Part shown: piece by piece, positions 40,374-50,925 of the stretch
How positions within the stretch are numbered: position 1 is the first letter of the stretch
Layout of the letters: every line of letters begins with the position of its first letter
DNA from: Terriglobia bacterium
GTDB taxonomy: Bacteria > Acidobacteriota > Terriglobia > 20CM-2-55-15
DNA: 64,000 nucleotides
Assembly (NCBI GenBank): GCA_965198225.1
Contig: CBDAOY010000004.1
Location: 1 to 64,000 of the forward strand
Direction: 5' to 3'
Translations under genes and position numbers: made by a program
The notes under the pieces: generated by a model
Told to the model about the DNA's origin: nothing
Databases searched by the model: none
What the model saw: only the letters and a program-made list of their open reading frames with translations

Positions 40374-40382
40374 CGCCGGGCG

Positions 40383-40415
40383 GACGCTGTCACTATCTCT
40401 GTTACAGGCTACTAG
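40383..40415. repeat. Solo MITE end
   Basis: gacgctgtcactatctctgttacaggctactag, one mismatch to 17081-17113. Confidence 0.8.
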
Positions 40416-40434
40416 TTTTGAAGGAGACGGGAAA

Positions 40435-41997
40435 ATGCTGGCGCTAAAACTGGCAACTCTCTTGTTCGTCGCGCCCCTGGCCCCTGCAGCGGGAGATCCG
40501 CCCCTGGCGGATGCGGCCATGCAGGGGGACCGGACCACGGTGCAATCGCTGCTGGCGGGCAACGCGGACGTGAATGCCGCCCAGGGGGACGGGACGACTG
40601 CGCTGCACTGGGCCGCGCACAGGGAAGACCTGGAGATGGCTCGGATGCTCGTTGAGGCCGGTGCAGATCTGAAGGCGAGGACACGGGTGGGCAAATTGAC
40701 GGCTCTTTTCCTGGCGGCCAGGAACGGACACGCCGCGATGCTCGACCTCCTGCTCGAAGCCGGCGACGATGCCAACGCTGCCGGTACGACGGGAACGACG
40801 CCACTCATGCTGGCCGCGGCCTCAGGCCAGGCGGACGCCGTCAAGGTGCTGCTGGACAGGGGGGCGGCGGTCAACGCTACCGACATCGCGAACGGACAGA
40901 CGGCATTGATGTTTGCCTCTGCGAGGAATCGGACCGAAGTGATCGACGTTCTCGCAGCGCACGGGGCGGACCTGAATGCGACCTCGCGGGTCAACCGAAT
41001 TCCCTCGTCGGAGAATCCGAATCGAAACCGTGAGGATGTGGGCACAAATCCCACGATCATGGGCGGCCTGACGGCGTTGCACTTTGCGGCCCGGGAAGGC
41101 CATAAGGAGGCCGTCGAAGCGCTGGTCGAGGCGGGGGCGGATGTCAACCAGGTCAGCGGTTCGGACCGGGTCAGCGCGATGACGCAGGCCATCATCAACG
41201 CCGGCTTCGACATCGGGAAGTTCCTGCTCGATCATGGCGCCGATCCCAACCTGGTCAGCACGCGCGGGCTGAACTCTCTGTACGCGACCATCGACGCGCA
41301 GTGGGCAACGGTTACGTCGTATCCGCCGCCGACTGTGGCGGGCCAGAAGACGAGCCATATGGATCTGCTACGGGCTCTCCTGGACAAAGGCGCCGAACCG
41401 GACGTCCAAATGGGACCCATGCTGTGGTTCAGGCGGTTCACTGCCGGCGACTGGGTGGATGCGGGTGGTGCAACGCCTTTCTGGCGGGCGGCTCAGGCGA
41501 ATGACCTTCCCGCAATGCGGATTCTGGTGGCCGCCGGGGCAGACCCGAACATTCCGACAGAGGGTGGCGTTTCGCCGCTGCAGGTGACCGCGGGCTACGG
41601 CTTCGAACACGACGCCAGCACGGTCGTACCCGACGCGCGGTTCGAATCCGTCCGATACCTCGTGGAAGAGCTTGGCGTCGCCGTGAGGTCGACAGATAGC
41701 GAAGGTTACACGCCGCTTCATGGCGCGGCGGTCGTCGGGGAAAACGAGATCATTCGGTTTCTGGTGGCCAGCGGCGCCGACCCGACGGTCCGAGCTCACT
41801 TGATTCGTGTCGGCGACGACGGACAACGCGAGATTGTCGACGGCGCGGGGGACAGCGTCGCCGATATGGCCAACGGCCCGTTCCAGCGCGCCATAATCTA
41901 TCCCGACACGATCGAGCTCCTCGAAGGCCTGGGTTCGGAGAACTCGCACAATTGCCGATCTGCCGCATGCCTCAACCCGAACCGGCCGGGAGGATAG
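40435..41997 (+). CDS. Secreted ankyrin-repeat protein
   Basis: Multiple GTTALHWAA/TPLMLAA/TALHFAA repeats. Confidence 0.92.
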   Translation: MLALKLATLLFVAPLAPAAGDPPLADAAMQGDRTTVQSLLAGNADVNAAQGDGTTALHWAAHREDLEMARMLVEAGADLKARTRVGKLTALFLAARNGHAAMLDLLLEAGDDANAAGTTGTTPLMLAAASGQADAVKVLLDRGAAVNATDIANGQTALMFASARNRTEVIDVLAAHGADLNATSRVNRIPSSENPNRNREDVGTNPTIMGGLTALHFAAREGHKEAVEALVEAGADVNQVSGSDRVSAMTQAIINAGFDIGKFLLDHGADPNLVSTRGLNSLYATIDAQWATVTSYPPPTVAGQKTSHMDLLRALLDKGAEPDVQMGPMLWFRRFTAGDWVDAGGATPFWRAAQANDLPAMRILVAAGADPNIPTEGGVSPLQVTAGYGFEHDASTVVPDARFESVRYLVEELGVAVRSTDSEGYTPLHGAAVVGENEIIRFLVASGADPTVRAHLIRVGDDGQREIVDGAGDSVADMANGPFQRAIIYPDTIELLEGLGSENSHNCRSAACLNPNRPGG

Positions 41998-42451
41998 AGT
42001 CTCAATCAACCAGTCGGCCGGCCCGACCGGGGTGGCGTAGTACCAGGCTTCGGAAGTACGTGGTTCATGCCGACAACGTTGGTTCCGCTACTTCTAGTTA
42101 CGCACTTCATGATGTTCGTGCGACTACTGAAAAGAGGTCGCTCCTAAAAGCACGGAGCATTTGCGCCGTTGCTCCAGCACGACGAATCTACGAACCCGGA
42201 TTGACAGATTTCTTGACTGTGCTCGGTGCCGAACGTGTTCTCAGCGGATTCGGCGATCGACCCATGGGGCCTCGATGAGTTTCAATGCGGCGACGGGCGT
42301 TTCCGGCCATGTGGCAAAACTCCCTACGTTTGCCACGCGAAGTGTTCGTTGTCTTCTCGGGCCTCTGTTGGTTGGGTTCGCTCATGAGCATGGCGAGAAC
42401 CACGGCGATCACGATCGAGGCCAAACGTAGAAGGCCGAACGGAGAACCACT

Positions 42452-43522
42452 ATGAGTAAGGAAAAGATTTTGATCACGGCAGCGAACGGCCATACGGGAT
42501 TCTCGGCGGCAAAAGAGTTGCTGGAGCTCGGTTTTCCGGTCCGGGCCTTTGCCCGCAACCCGAACAATGAGAAGGCGAAAGAGCTTAAAAGCCTGGGGGC
42601 AGAAGTCCTTACTGGAAACATGAACGACGTCCGTGACGTTCGGAAGTCGATGGAAGGGATCCAGAGAGCCTACTACTCCCAGCCCTTTGCCCCGTACAGT
42701 CTTTTTACAGGAATGACTTTCGCCGTGGCCGCTGAGGAGATGAAGCTGGAGCATGTGGTGTCCATGACCCAATGGTTTTCGTCCAATACCCACCCCTCTT
42801 TAGCGACGCGAGAACATTGGCTTACGGACCGGATCGTCATGAGGTCCCCTGGAGTGAAATACACCATCATCAACCCGAGCTACCCATTTCCGTTTATTTA
42901 CTTTCAGTCCCTGGAGCTGATTGCACAAATGGGAATCATGCCTGACATGGGAAAGAACGCCCTCCCGTCCGATGAGGACATGGGCGCGTTGGCGGCCCAT
43001 ATCCTCAAGGACCCGGCAGAACACGCAGGAAAAACCTATCGCCCGACCGGGCCCAAGATCCTCTCGACGCAGGAAATGGCCGACATCATCGGGAAGATCC
43101 TCGGAAGAAAGGTTGTGGCTCAGAAGATGTCAAACCGAATGTTTCTGAAAGCGCTCAAGGCGAACGGACTCCCGATCTACGCGTATTCTCAGATCCCGGA
43201 CTACAACGAGGAAGCTTTCAACGGAACCATGGAAGTAAGCGCGCCGACCAGCGTGGTGAAGGAAATCGTTGGGCGAGATCCCGAGGATTTTGAAACGATT
43301 GCCAAACGCTATATTGCGGACAGTTCCGTTGTACGGCCATCTGTGGTGAATAAACTGAGGGCCCTCAAGAATTTAATAAAGGTCATGCTGACCCGCGTCC
43401 CCGATTTAGAGACCTACCATGGTGCACAGGGGCATCCCGCACTGCAAAACCCCGAGTTTTGTTACCAAAACAAGGAATGGCGGACCGAGCATGAAACCGC
43501 AATGCCGGACGCGGTGCTCTGA
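42452..43522 (+). CDS. NmrA-family NAD(P)-binding protein
   Basis: ILITAANGHTG, GKTYRPTGP. Confidence 0.85.
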   Translation: MSKEKILITAANGHTGFSAAKELLELGFPVRAFARNPNNEKAKELKSLGAEVLTGNMNDVRDVRKSMEGIQRAYYSQPFAPYSLFTGMTFAVAAEEMKLEHVVSMTQWFSSNTHPSLATREHWLTDRIVMRSPGVKYTIINPSYPFPFIYFQSLELIAQMGIMPDMGKNALPSDEDMGALAAHILKDPAEHAGKTYRPTGPKILSTQEMADIIGKILGRKVVAQKMSNRMFLKALKANGLPIYAYSQIPDYNEEAFNGTMEVSAPTSVVKEIVGRDPEDFETIAKRYIADSSVVRPSVVNKLRALKNLIKVMLTRVPDLETYHGAQGHPALQNPEFCYQNKEWRTEHETAMPDAVL

Positions 43523-43831
43523 TCTGGAAGTTCGCGCTTGAGGGTTGCCGGGAACTTCTGGTTCATCTTTCCCGTGCCGGCAACACCGGCGACGAGCAAC
43601 GACGCTGGAAGCGCCACGTCGTCAGCTCATCGTAAGCACTGCTCGGAAGTGCACCCTGCTTTCCATCACCAACGCCAACTCGATCGCCCGAACGCCTCTC
43701 AGGATGAGGCGTACCATCGTTGCACTGCCGGCGCGACGTACTTCGGCACCTTCCATAACTACGCATGGCCAACGACACAGGTATGTTGGGAGTTGAGAAA
43801 CGGAGACTTGGATGGGAGACTCTTCACAGCA

Positions 43832-43848
43832 CTGTTACAGGCCACTAG
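43832..43848. repeat. Solo MITE end (short)
   Basis: ctgttacaggccactag = exact reverse complement of 16844-16860. Confidence 0.65.
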
Positions 43849-43875
43849 AAGAGCCAGGGCAGCCGATCATAGCCA

Positions 43876-46521
43876 ATGAAGACTTTATGTTCCGCCATCT
43901 TACTTTCATTTCTTGCTCAGGGACCTTCCTCAGTCGGTGGCGTGGTCCAGGATCCGGCGGGCGCGGCATTGGATGCCGCAAGCGTCTCGATCTTGAGCGC
44001 GCGTGGGTCCGTTATCGAGACGGTTCGAACCGGACCGGACGGGCAATTCCTGTTCTCGCCTATTCGCCCCGGCAACTACGAACTGAGCGTTGAAGCGCCT
44101 GGCTTTGCTACAAAAAGCCAGGCCATCCGGCTCCTGCCGGATCGGGCCCTCCAGTTGCAAGTCCGGTTGAATCTTCAAGCGTTATCGCAGGAAGTGACGG
44201 TGACCGCAGAGTTGGGAAGCGTCGCGGAACTCGCCCGTACGCCACAGCAGGTCACTGTGATCGACGAGTCGGAGATTGACCGACGGACCAAGTCGGTGTT
44301 GGCACAGGTCGCCAACGATTCGGTCGGCGTGGCCCTCCAGCGCACCTCTCCCAGCATTGGCGGGATTTACATCCGGGGGCTCACGGGTAAGAACGTCGTG
44401 GTCTATGTCGATGGAGTTCGCTACACGACCTCCGCCCAGCGCGGCGGGATCAACACGTTCCTGAACCTCAATGAGCCGACCGAATTGCAGCGGGTCGAGC
44501 TGTTGCGCGGGCCGTCCAGCGCTCAGTACGGCAGCGACGGCCTGGGCGGTACCGTGCAGCTCCTGTCGAAAACACCGTCGATGTCTTCACAGGGAATCGA
44601 ATGGCACGGCGAGACCGGCATTTTCGGCAACACAGCCACGGCAGGCTTCGGGGCGAACGCCAGCCAGAGCCTCTCCACACCGCGTTTCGGTATGGTCACG
44701 AGCCTGTCGAGCCGGCGGAACAACACGTTTCGCCCGGGTGGGGGCTTCGACACCAACTCCAGTCTCAACCGCTTCCTCGGACTGTCTTCGACTCTTTACG
44801 GCACGCGTCTGCCCGATACGGCGTTCACGCAATTTGGAGGCAGCCTGCGTCTGAACTTCATGATCGACGCGCGGACCCAACTCACGGCCAGCTACAAGCG
44901 GAACCAGCAGGATGGGGGCAAACGGTACGACCAGCTGATCGGCGGGGACGGGAACAACGTCGCGGAACTTCGGAACCTGATGCTGGACTTCTTCTATACC
45001 AAGCTCGATCGGGAGTTCGGTAACAGATTCATCGACACCACGTCCCTGTCTTTCTCCTACAACCGGCAGCGGGAAGAACGGGTCAATCAGGGAGGGAACG
45101 GCGACCCCACCCGGGGGATCGTGTCGAACTTCGAACGCCTGAACGCATTCGGCGTCCAATGGCGTTCGAACAAGCGAGTGAGTCCTCGATACGAGTTTTT
45201 CACGGGAATGGAGATCTACCACGAGTCGATGGCCGCGCCCACATCCACCTTCTTTCCGGTTTCGGGAACCTCATCGCCGTCACGGGGAAGGGTGCCCGAC
45301 GGGGCCCGCTACATTCGAGCTGGAATCTTCTCCAGGCACGCCCTGGAGATCGTCCCGGAACGGCTCCGCTTTGTCGGGACGATCCGATACGGAGCGGCGC
45401 ACTACCGGGTCGAACAGTCCGACCTGTGGCCGGCGGATTCTATGCGTACCGGAGATGTTTCCGGCAACGTGGGCCTGGTGGCGACCGCTCACCCTTCACT
45501 GACATTTCATTTCAACTACAGTCGTGGCTTCCGCGCTCCGAGCATGACCGATCTGGGCACTCTCGGGCTTACCGGCGACGGATTTGAGCTGGCGCACACC
45601 GACGTGGCCGAACGCGCCGGCATGATTGGGGACACCGCCGCCGAGGATGCGTTATCGATCGGCGAACCCGTCGCACCGCTTCGATCCGAGATCAGCAACA
45701 GCTTTGATCTGGGTTTCCGCTATGGCGGTCCCAGGCTGCGATTCGAAACCACCGGCTTCCTCCTCGATCTGGAAGACACGATCGTAAAACAGGCGTTGAT
45801 CCTTCCACCCGGAGCCACGGAGAGGGTTTCCTTCGCCGGTCAACCGGTCGTCCGACAGACACCGGGAGGGGCGGTCTTCGTCCCGATTTCATCCGACCCG
45901 GTTCTGGTACGCACGAACCTGGATGACACACGTCACTATGGGATGGAGTTCCAGGCAGAGATTCGGGCGACGACCGCCTGGAGCCTGAAGGGAAACTTCA
46001 CCTGGGTCCGCGCCTTCAATCGCGCCAACGGAGCGGCACCCAATGTCGAAGGTGGAACGCCGGCGCCTCGCGGAACATTGACGCTCGGATATCGTCCCGA
46101 CCGGCGGCCCTTTTCGCTCGAATTATCGGCCGTCGGGGTTGCCCCTCAGGCGCGCTTCTCGAGCCTCGACTTGAGGGATCGCCGGACGGGGGCAACTCGC
46201 TCGCGCCGAACGATCGCGAATTTCTTCAATGGTGGAGCGAGCGTCCGTGGCCTGGTCACCAACGGCATCCTGCTCCCAACGGGCGAGACTCTCCAACAGG
46301 TACAGGATCGCGTCCTGGGTGTGGGCATTAACAGCAAGGCGCTGCAGACAAGGCTTGCCGGGCACGTCCTGATCAACGTCCGGGGCGTCTACTATTTTTC
46401 GGATAATCAGGAAGTGGCGGTCGGGATCGAAAACCTTACGGATCGGAATTACAGGGGGGTCAACTGGGGGGTTCCGGGGCCGGGGCTTGATCTGAGCGTG
46501 AGATATAGTTTTCGGTTTTGA
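43876..46521 (+). CDS. TonB-dependent receptor with N-terminal carboxypeptidase-regulatory-like domain
   Basis: IRGL..VYVDGV, RVELLRGPSSAQYGSDGLGG plug, GFRAPS, ENLTDRNY, terminal Phe. Confidence 0.92.
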   Translation: MKTLCSAILLSFLAQGPSSVGGVVQDPAGAALDAASVSILSARGSVIETVRTGPDGQFLFSPIRPGNYELSVEAPGFATKSQAIRLLPDRALQLQVRLNLQALSQEVTVTAELGSVAELARTPQQVTVIDESEIDRRTKSVLAQVANDSVGVALQRTSPSIGGIYIRGLTGKNVVVYVDGVRYTTSAQRGGINTFLNLNEPTELQRVELLRGPSSAQYGSDGLGGTVQLLSKTPSMSSQGIEWHGETGIFGNTATAGFGANASQSLSTPRFGMVTSLSSRRNNTFRPGGGFDTNSSLNRFLGLSSTLYGTRLPDTAFTQFGGSLRLNFMIDARTQLTASYKRNQQDGGKRYDQLIGGDGNNVAELRNLMLDFFYTKLDREFGNRFIDTTSLSFSYNRQREERVNQGGNGDPTRGIVSNFERLNAFGVQWRSNKRVSPRYEFFTGMEIYHESMAAPTSTFFPVSGTSSPSRGRVPDGARYIRAGIFSRHALEIVPERLRFVGTIRYGAAHYRVEQSDLWPADSMRTGDVSGNVGLVATAHPSLTFHFNYSRGFRAPSMTDLGTLGLTGDGFELAHTDVAERAGMIGDTAAEDALSIGEPVAPLRSEISNSFDLGFRYGGPRLRFETTGFLLDLEDTIVKQALILPPGATERVSFAGQPVVRQTPGGAVFVPISSDPVLVRTNLDDTRHYGMEFQAEIRATTAWSLKGNFTWVRAFNRANGAAPNVEGGTPAPRGTLTLGYRPDRRPFSLELSAVGVAPQARFSSLDLRDRRTGATRSRRTIANFFNGGASVRGLVTNGILLPTGETLQQVQDRVLGVGINSKALQTRLAGHVLINVRGVYYFSDNQEVAVGIENLTDRNYRGVNWGVPGPGLDLSVRYSFRF

Positions 46522-46603
46522 GAAGCGGTAGACAAACAGGAGAGAAGAGCGAATATTAGGAACCTCGAATTCCATGCGTTGAAAACAATTGGAGGCAACT
46601 CTG

Positions 46604-49600
46604 ATGGAACGAACTGCCCGACACCACCGACGGCGACTGCTGTGCACCACTGTCGTTATTGGATTCAGTTTCCTTCTTTCGGCCCAGGCGGCTCTTGCCC
46701 AAACGGGCGCGGTGATCGACGCCGACATCCTGGACCAACTCGAGTACCGAACGATCGGCCCGGTCGGCAACCGAGTGAGTGCCGTGGCCGGCGTGCCCGG
46801 CGATCCGGGCACCTACTACGCCGGCGCTGCGTCCGGAGGGGTTTTCAAGACCACCGATGGAGGGGTGTCCTGGCAACCGATCTTCGATGATCAACCCGTG
46901 GCCTCGATCGGTTCTCTGGCAGTCGCACCCTCTGATCCCAACGTCGTGTGGGCGGGGACAGGCGAAACGTTTATTCGCAGTAACGTCTCGGTCGGAAACG
47001 GGATCTACAAGTCTACAGATGGCGGGAAGACGTGGGAACACATGGGACTCGTGGAAACCGGACGGATCGGACGCATTGTCATCCACCCGAACGACCCCGA
47101 CACGGTGCTGGTGGCCGCCATGGGGCACTGTTATGGACCCCAGCAGGAGAGAGGTGTGTTCAAGACAACCGACGGTGGCACGACCTGGGACCACGTTCTC
47201 TTTGTCGACGAGAACACCGGGGCGTCCGACATCGTCATGGATCCTAACAACCCGAGGATTCTGTTTGCCGGAACCTGGCAGATGGTGATCTGGACCTGGG
47301 GTCGTCAGAGTGGGGGGCCGGGAGGCGGCCTGTACATGTCGCGGGACGGGGGAGCCAACTGGGAGCGACTGGAAGGTAACGGCCTTCCCGAATCTCCCTG
47401 GGGCAAAGTCGGGCTGGCCATGACGCCGGCGGACTCGGATCGGATCTATGCGCTCATCGAAACGAACTCCAACAGGGACTTCGCGCCGTTGACCGAGCAT
47501 CAGGGGGTTATGTGGCTTTCCCGGAACGGAGGCGATAGCTGGGAGCTGGGCACGGCGGACCATCGCATCGTCCAGAGACCTCACTACTACAGCAGGGCGG
47601 CGGTGGCGCCCGACGATCCGGACGAAATCCGGTTCATGTCGGTTCGACACTCGCTATCGCTCGATGCAGGAAAGACGATCAGTTCGGTGCCTTCCGGTTT
47701 CGACCATCACGACATCTGGATCGATCCCGAAATGCCGGACCGGATAATCCTGGGTCACGACGGCGGGGTCACGATTTCGACCAATCGCGGAAAGACCTGG
47801 TTCCGCCCCCAGCTGCCGATCGCTCAGATGTATCACGTCTATACCGACAATCAGATTCCATATTTTGTGTACGGCAACCGGCAGGACGGGCCTTCAACCC
47901 GTGGACCCAGCAACTCACTGACCGGGGGACCGATCCCGATTGGCGAATGGAGGCCGGTGGGAGGTTGTGAATCGGGCTTCGCGGTACCCGATCTGGTGGA
48001 CATCAACATCGTGTGGTCGGGATGCTTCGATGGAATCCTGGAACGACACGATCGTCGAACGGGTCACTCGCGAAACGTGAGTGTCTGGCCACGGGCGATC
48101 GAGTCCTGGCCTGCCTCGGACGTGCAGTACCGGTTCCAGTGGACCTTCCCGGTCACCATCTCGCCCCATGACCACAACCGGGTTTACGTGGGGAGCCAGT
48201 TCGTCCATATGACCGAGAACGCGGGCCAGAGCTATCGAGTCATCAGCGGCGACCTGACCACGAATGACGTGAGCCGCCAGCAGAAAACCGGCGGCCTGAC
48301 TCCTGATGATGCCGGTCCAACGATTGCCCCCGTTGTGTTTGCGATTGCCGAATCGTTTGTCGAAGAGGGTCTGGTTTGGGCCGGCACGAACGACGGCCTG
48401 GTCCACGTGACCCGCGATGGAGGCCTCAACTGGTCCAACGTGACCGCGAATCTGCCTGGGATCCCCACCTGGGGCACGATCAGCAACATCGAGCCGTCCC
48501 GATACGAAGCCGGCACCACGTACCTCAGCGTTGATGCCCACCAGGTCAATGACACCCAGCCGTACATCTACCGCACAAAGGATTTCGGCTCGACCTGGGA
48601 TCGCATGACGACGGGTATTCCGTCCTCGACTCACAGCTACGTGCATGTGGTGCGGGAAGACCCCAGAATGCCGGGTCTCCTCTATGCCGGAACCGAGAAC
48701 GGGCTCTACTTTTCGCTGAACGACGGGATCGAATGGCAGCCCCTGCAGACCAATCTTCCGCACGCCCCGGTTCACTGGCTCGAGATTCAGGACCATTTCA
48801 GTGACCTGGTCGTGGCCACGTATGGAAGAGGATTCTGGATCCTGGACGACATCACCCCGCTGCGGCAGCTGACCAACGAGGTGCTCAACGCCGATGTTCA
48901 CTTGTTCAAGCCCAGGCCTGCTTATCGCTTTCGACCGGTTCAGGCGCCCCACAGTCAGCCGGGCGATCCTGCTGTCGGGCAGAATCCTACTTACGGAGCT
49001 TCTCTGCACTACTTCCTCAAGGAAGAACCGGAAGACTCGGTAAACGTGACGATTCTGGATTCACAGGGGGAGACGGTTCGCGAGCTGTCTGATGTCCCGG
49101 CGGGTCCAGGGATCAATCGCGTCTATTGGGACCTGAGATATGAAGCGGCCGCCCAACCCGAGCTGAGGACAAAACCGAACGAACACTCGCATATCGAGAT
49201 TCCCCCAGACGGCTGGAGGCCTCTCGAAGAGGCCCGGCGGGTGGCGCCGCTGGGTCCCCCGGGAACCTATACGGTAAAGCTGCAGGTTGGTGATCAGGAA
49301 TGGACCGAGGAAATCGAGGTTCTCAAGGATCCCAATTCGACCGGCACAGAAGCGGACATCGCCAGGCAATTGGAGCTTGTCATGGACTTGCGGGAAATGG
49401 TCGATTCGGCCGTCGAAATCATCAACGACATCGAGTGGGCTCGGAAGCAGATCCAGGACCTGTTGGCCCGGCTGGACGGGCGGGAGGACATCGACGACAT
49501 CGAGGAATCGGGTCGCGCACTCGATGAGAAGCTGCAGGAGCTGGAAGGCAATTTCTTTGACCTGAGGCTGACTGGATCGGGTCAGGACACGCTGCGTTGG

Positions 49601-49834
49601 CGCAGGCGACTCTACGCCGACCTGACATCTCTCATGCGTCAGATCAATCAATCCGATTTCCGACCGACAGACCAGCAGGGCGACGTCTATCTGTTGCTCA
49701 AGGAAGAGTTGGCCGAACATTCCGAGGCGATGGACGAACTCCGAGGAGGAGAGATCTCAGAGTTCAATGCGCTGCTGCGGACGATGGAGATCCCAAACGT
49801 GATCGTGACTCATCGAGAGACGCCAGAGCCATGA
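46604..49834 (+). CDS. VPS10/sortilin-like BNR-repeat protein (putative glycosyl hydrolase)
   Basis: YRTIGP..GNRV, repeated KTTDGGxxW Asp-boxes, DHHDIWIDP, AQMYHV, GGCESG. Confidence 0.9.
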   Translation: MERTARHHRRRLLCTTVVIGFSFLLSAQAALAQTGAVIDADILDQLEYRTIGPVGNRVSAVAGVPGDPGTYYAGAASGGVFKTTDGGVSWQPIFDDQPVASIGSLAVAPSDPNVVWAGTGETFIRSNVSVGNGIYKSTDGGKTWEHMGLVETGRIGRIVIHPNDPDTVLVAAMGHCYGPQQERGVFKTTDGGTTWDHVLFVDENTGASDIVMDPNNPRILFAGTWQMVIWTWGRQSGGPGGGLYMSRDGGANWERLEGNGLPESPWGKVGLAMTPADSDRIYALIETNSNRDFAPLTEHQGVMWLSRNGGDSWELGTADHRIVQRPHYYSRAAVAPDDPDEIRFMSVRHSLSLDAGKTISSVPSGFDHHDIWIDPEMPDRIILGHDGGVTISTNRGKTWFRPQLPIAQMYHVYTDNQIPYFVYGNRQDGPSTRGPSNSLTGGPIPIGEWRPVGGCESGFAVPDLVDINIVWSGCFDGILERHDRRTGHSRNVSVWPRAIESWPASDVQYRFQWTFPVTISPHDHNRVYVGSQFVHMTENAGQSYRVISGDLTTNDVSRQQKTGGLTPDDAGPTIAPVVFAIAESFVEEGLVWAGTNDGLVHVTRDGGLNWSNVTANLPGIPTWGTISNIEPSRYEAGTTYLSVDAHQVNDTQPYIYRTKDFGSTWDRMTTGIPSSTHSYVHVVREDPRMPGLLYAGTENGLYFSLNDGIEWQPLQTNLPHAPVHWLEIQDHFSDLVVATYGRGFWILDDITPLRQLTNEVLNADVHLFKPRPAYRFRPVQAPHSQPGDPAVGQNPTYGASLHYFLKEEPEDSVNVTILDSQGETVRELSDVPAGPGINRVYWDLRYEAAAQPELRTKPNEHSHIEIPPDGWRPLEEARRVAPLGPPGTYTVKLQVGDQEWTEEIEVLKDPNSTGTEADIARQLELVMDLREMVDSAVEIINDIEWARKQIQDLLARLDGREDIDDIEESGRALDEKLQELEGNFFDLRLTGSGQDTLRWRRRLYADLTSLMRQINQSDFRPTDQQGDVYLLLKEELAEHSEAMDELRGGEISEFNALLRTMEIPNVIVTHRETPEP

Positions 49835-49936
49835 ATGTCCCGCAAAGCCGGCATCGTTGCCGCCTCGGGCAACCCAGCCGGTTCTTCCGCCTCCTTGTGG
49901 GGGCTTGTGACCTGACGATGGCCGAGGTGACCGCCG

Positions 49937-50320
49937 TCAAAGTCTATACGGCACGACGACGAAACGATGCCGTTCGGGCGGAAAATCATCGACGTCCCGT
50001 GTGGCCAACTTCAGCCGGTGCTGTTTTGCAGCCGCGGCTTGCATCGCGTCAGGCATCCTCCACCCGTGCTTTTGGCGCAGCGTCGCCGCCAAGTCGGCAA
50101 CCTCTCGGTCGATCACAATCAAAGGAAACTGATCCAGGAATCGACGTGGAAGACGACGCCTACGGGGTTCAAAGCCAGTCAGGACTTCCGCGCGCGTAAT
50201 AACGGAGATCGCGATGTGACCGCGCATGCGCGACAAGTAATCGGTCGCCGCCGCGATTCCGTTGAAGTGATCGATCAGGATGACAGAATCGGCGAGAATC
50301 GCTACAGTCTGTTTCGCCAT
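49937..50320 (-). CDS. PIN-domain (VapC-like) toxin
   Basis: LADSVILID, ITRAEVL, PDAMQAA, LATRD. Confidence 0.9.
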   Translation of the reverse strand: MAKQTVAILADSVILIDHFNGIAAATDYLSRMRGHIAISVITRAEVLTGFEPRRRRLPRRFLDQFPLIVIDREVADLAATLRQKHGWRMPDAMQAAAAKQHRLKLATRDVDDFPPERHRFVVVPYRL

Positions 50321-50544
50321 TCTCGTCGAAGCTCGCGCTGGTGCTTCAAAGCGTCCTCGCCCTTCCAGATCCCACTTGTCTGTCTAAGCAGTTCGTCAAA
50401 CGAGGCATCTTCTGGCGGCGTCCGCTCACGATACTGCCGAACTGCAATCCGAATCAACTCCGCCATGGACAGATTCTCATGCTCAGCCCGCCGATCCAGC
50501 CACTCTTTGTTCTCACGATCGAGACTGATAACCGTGCGTATCAT
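50302..50544 (-). CDS. RHH/CopG-like antitoxin
   Basis: MIRTVISL..SMAELIRIAV..TSGIW..LRREW; overlaps the PIN gene. Confidence 0.85.
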   Translation of the reverse strand: MIRTVISLDRENKEWLDRRAEHENLSMAELIRIAVRQYRERTPPEDASFDELLRQTSGIWKGEDALKHQRELRREWRNRL

Positions 50545-50925
50545 GATCCCGCTCCATGGTGATATTACTTTTGGCCTATGTGATATCGTATCATTAAGCA
50601 CGAGCATAGGAAAACCAAGAGGCCTTTTTTGTAATCAGGCCCGACTTTGCGGGATGGGTGGATCAGAATTCTGACTGTTCGGGGAGAGCAGGCGACGACC
50701 GCTCAGTGTAAGGTCGTAGGCGAAGACGACGCCGAGATGGAGAGCATACCGCGATGCGGCTGAAATCAGAGCCCGGCGAGGAAGTAAGAAAGCGTAGTGG
50801 ACGAGGTTCAGGCACACGTCTCCTCGGAATATCAACGACTTGAAAACGGCACGGGACAGTCATTTCCCGCCATACGTTCTTCAATTTTCCAGGTCCGCGC
50901 GGGATATCTGCTTTCTACGCGACCT

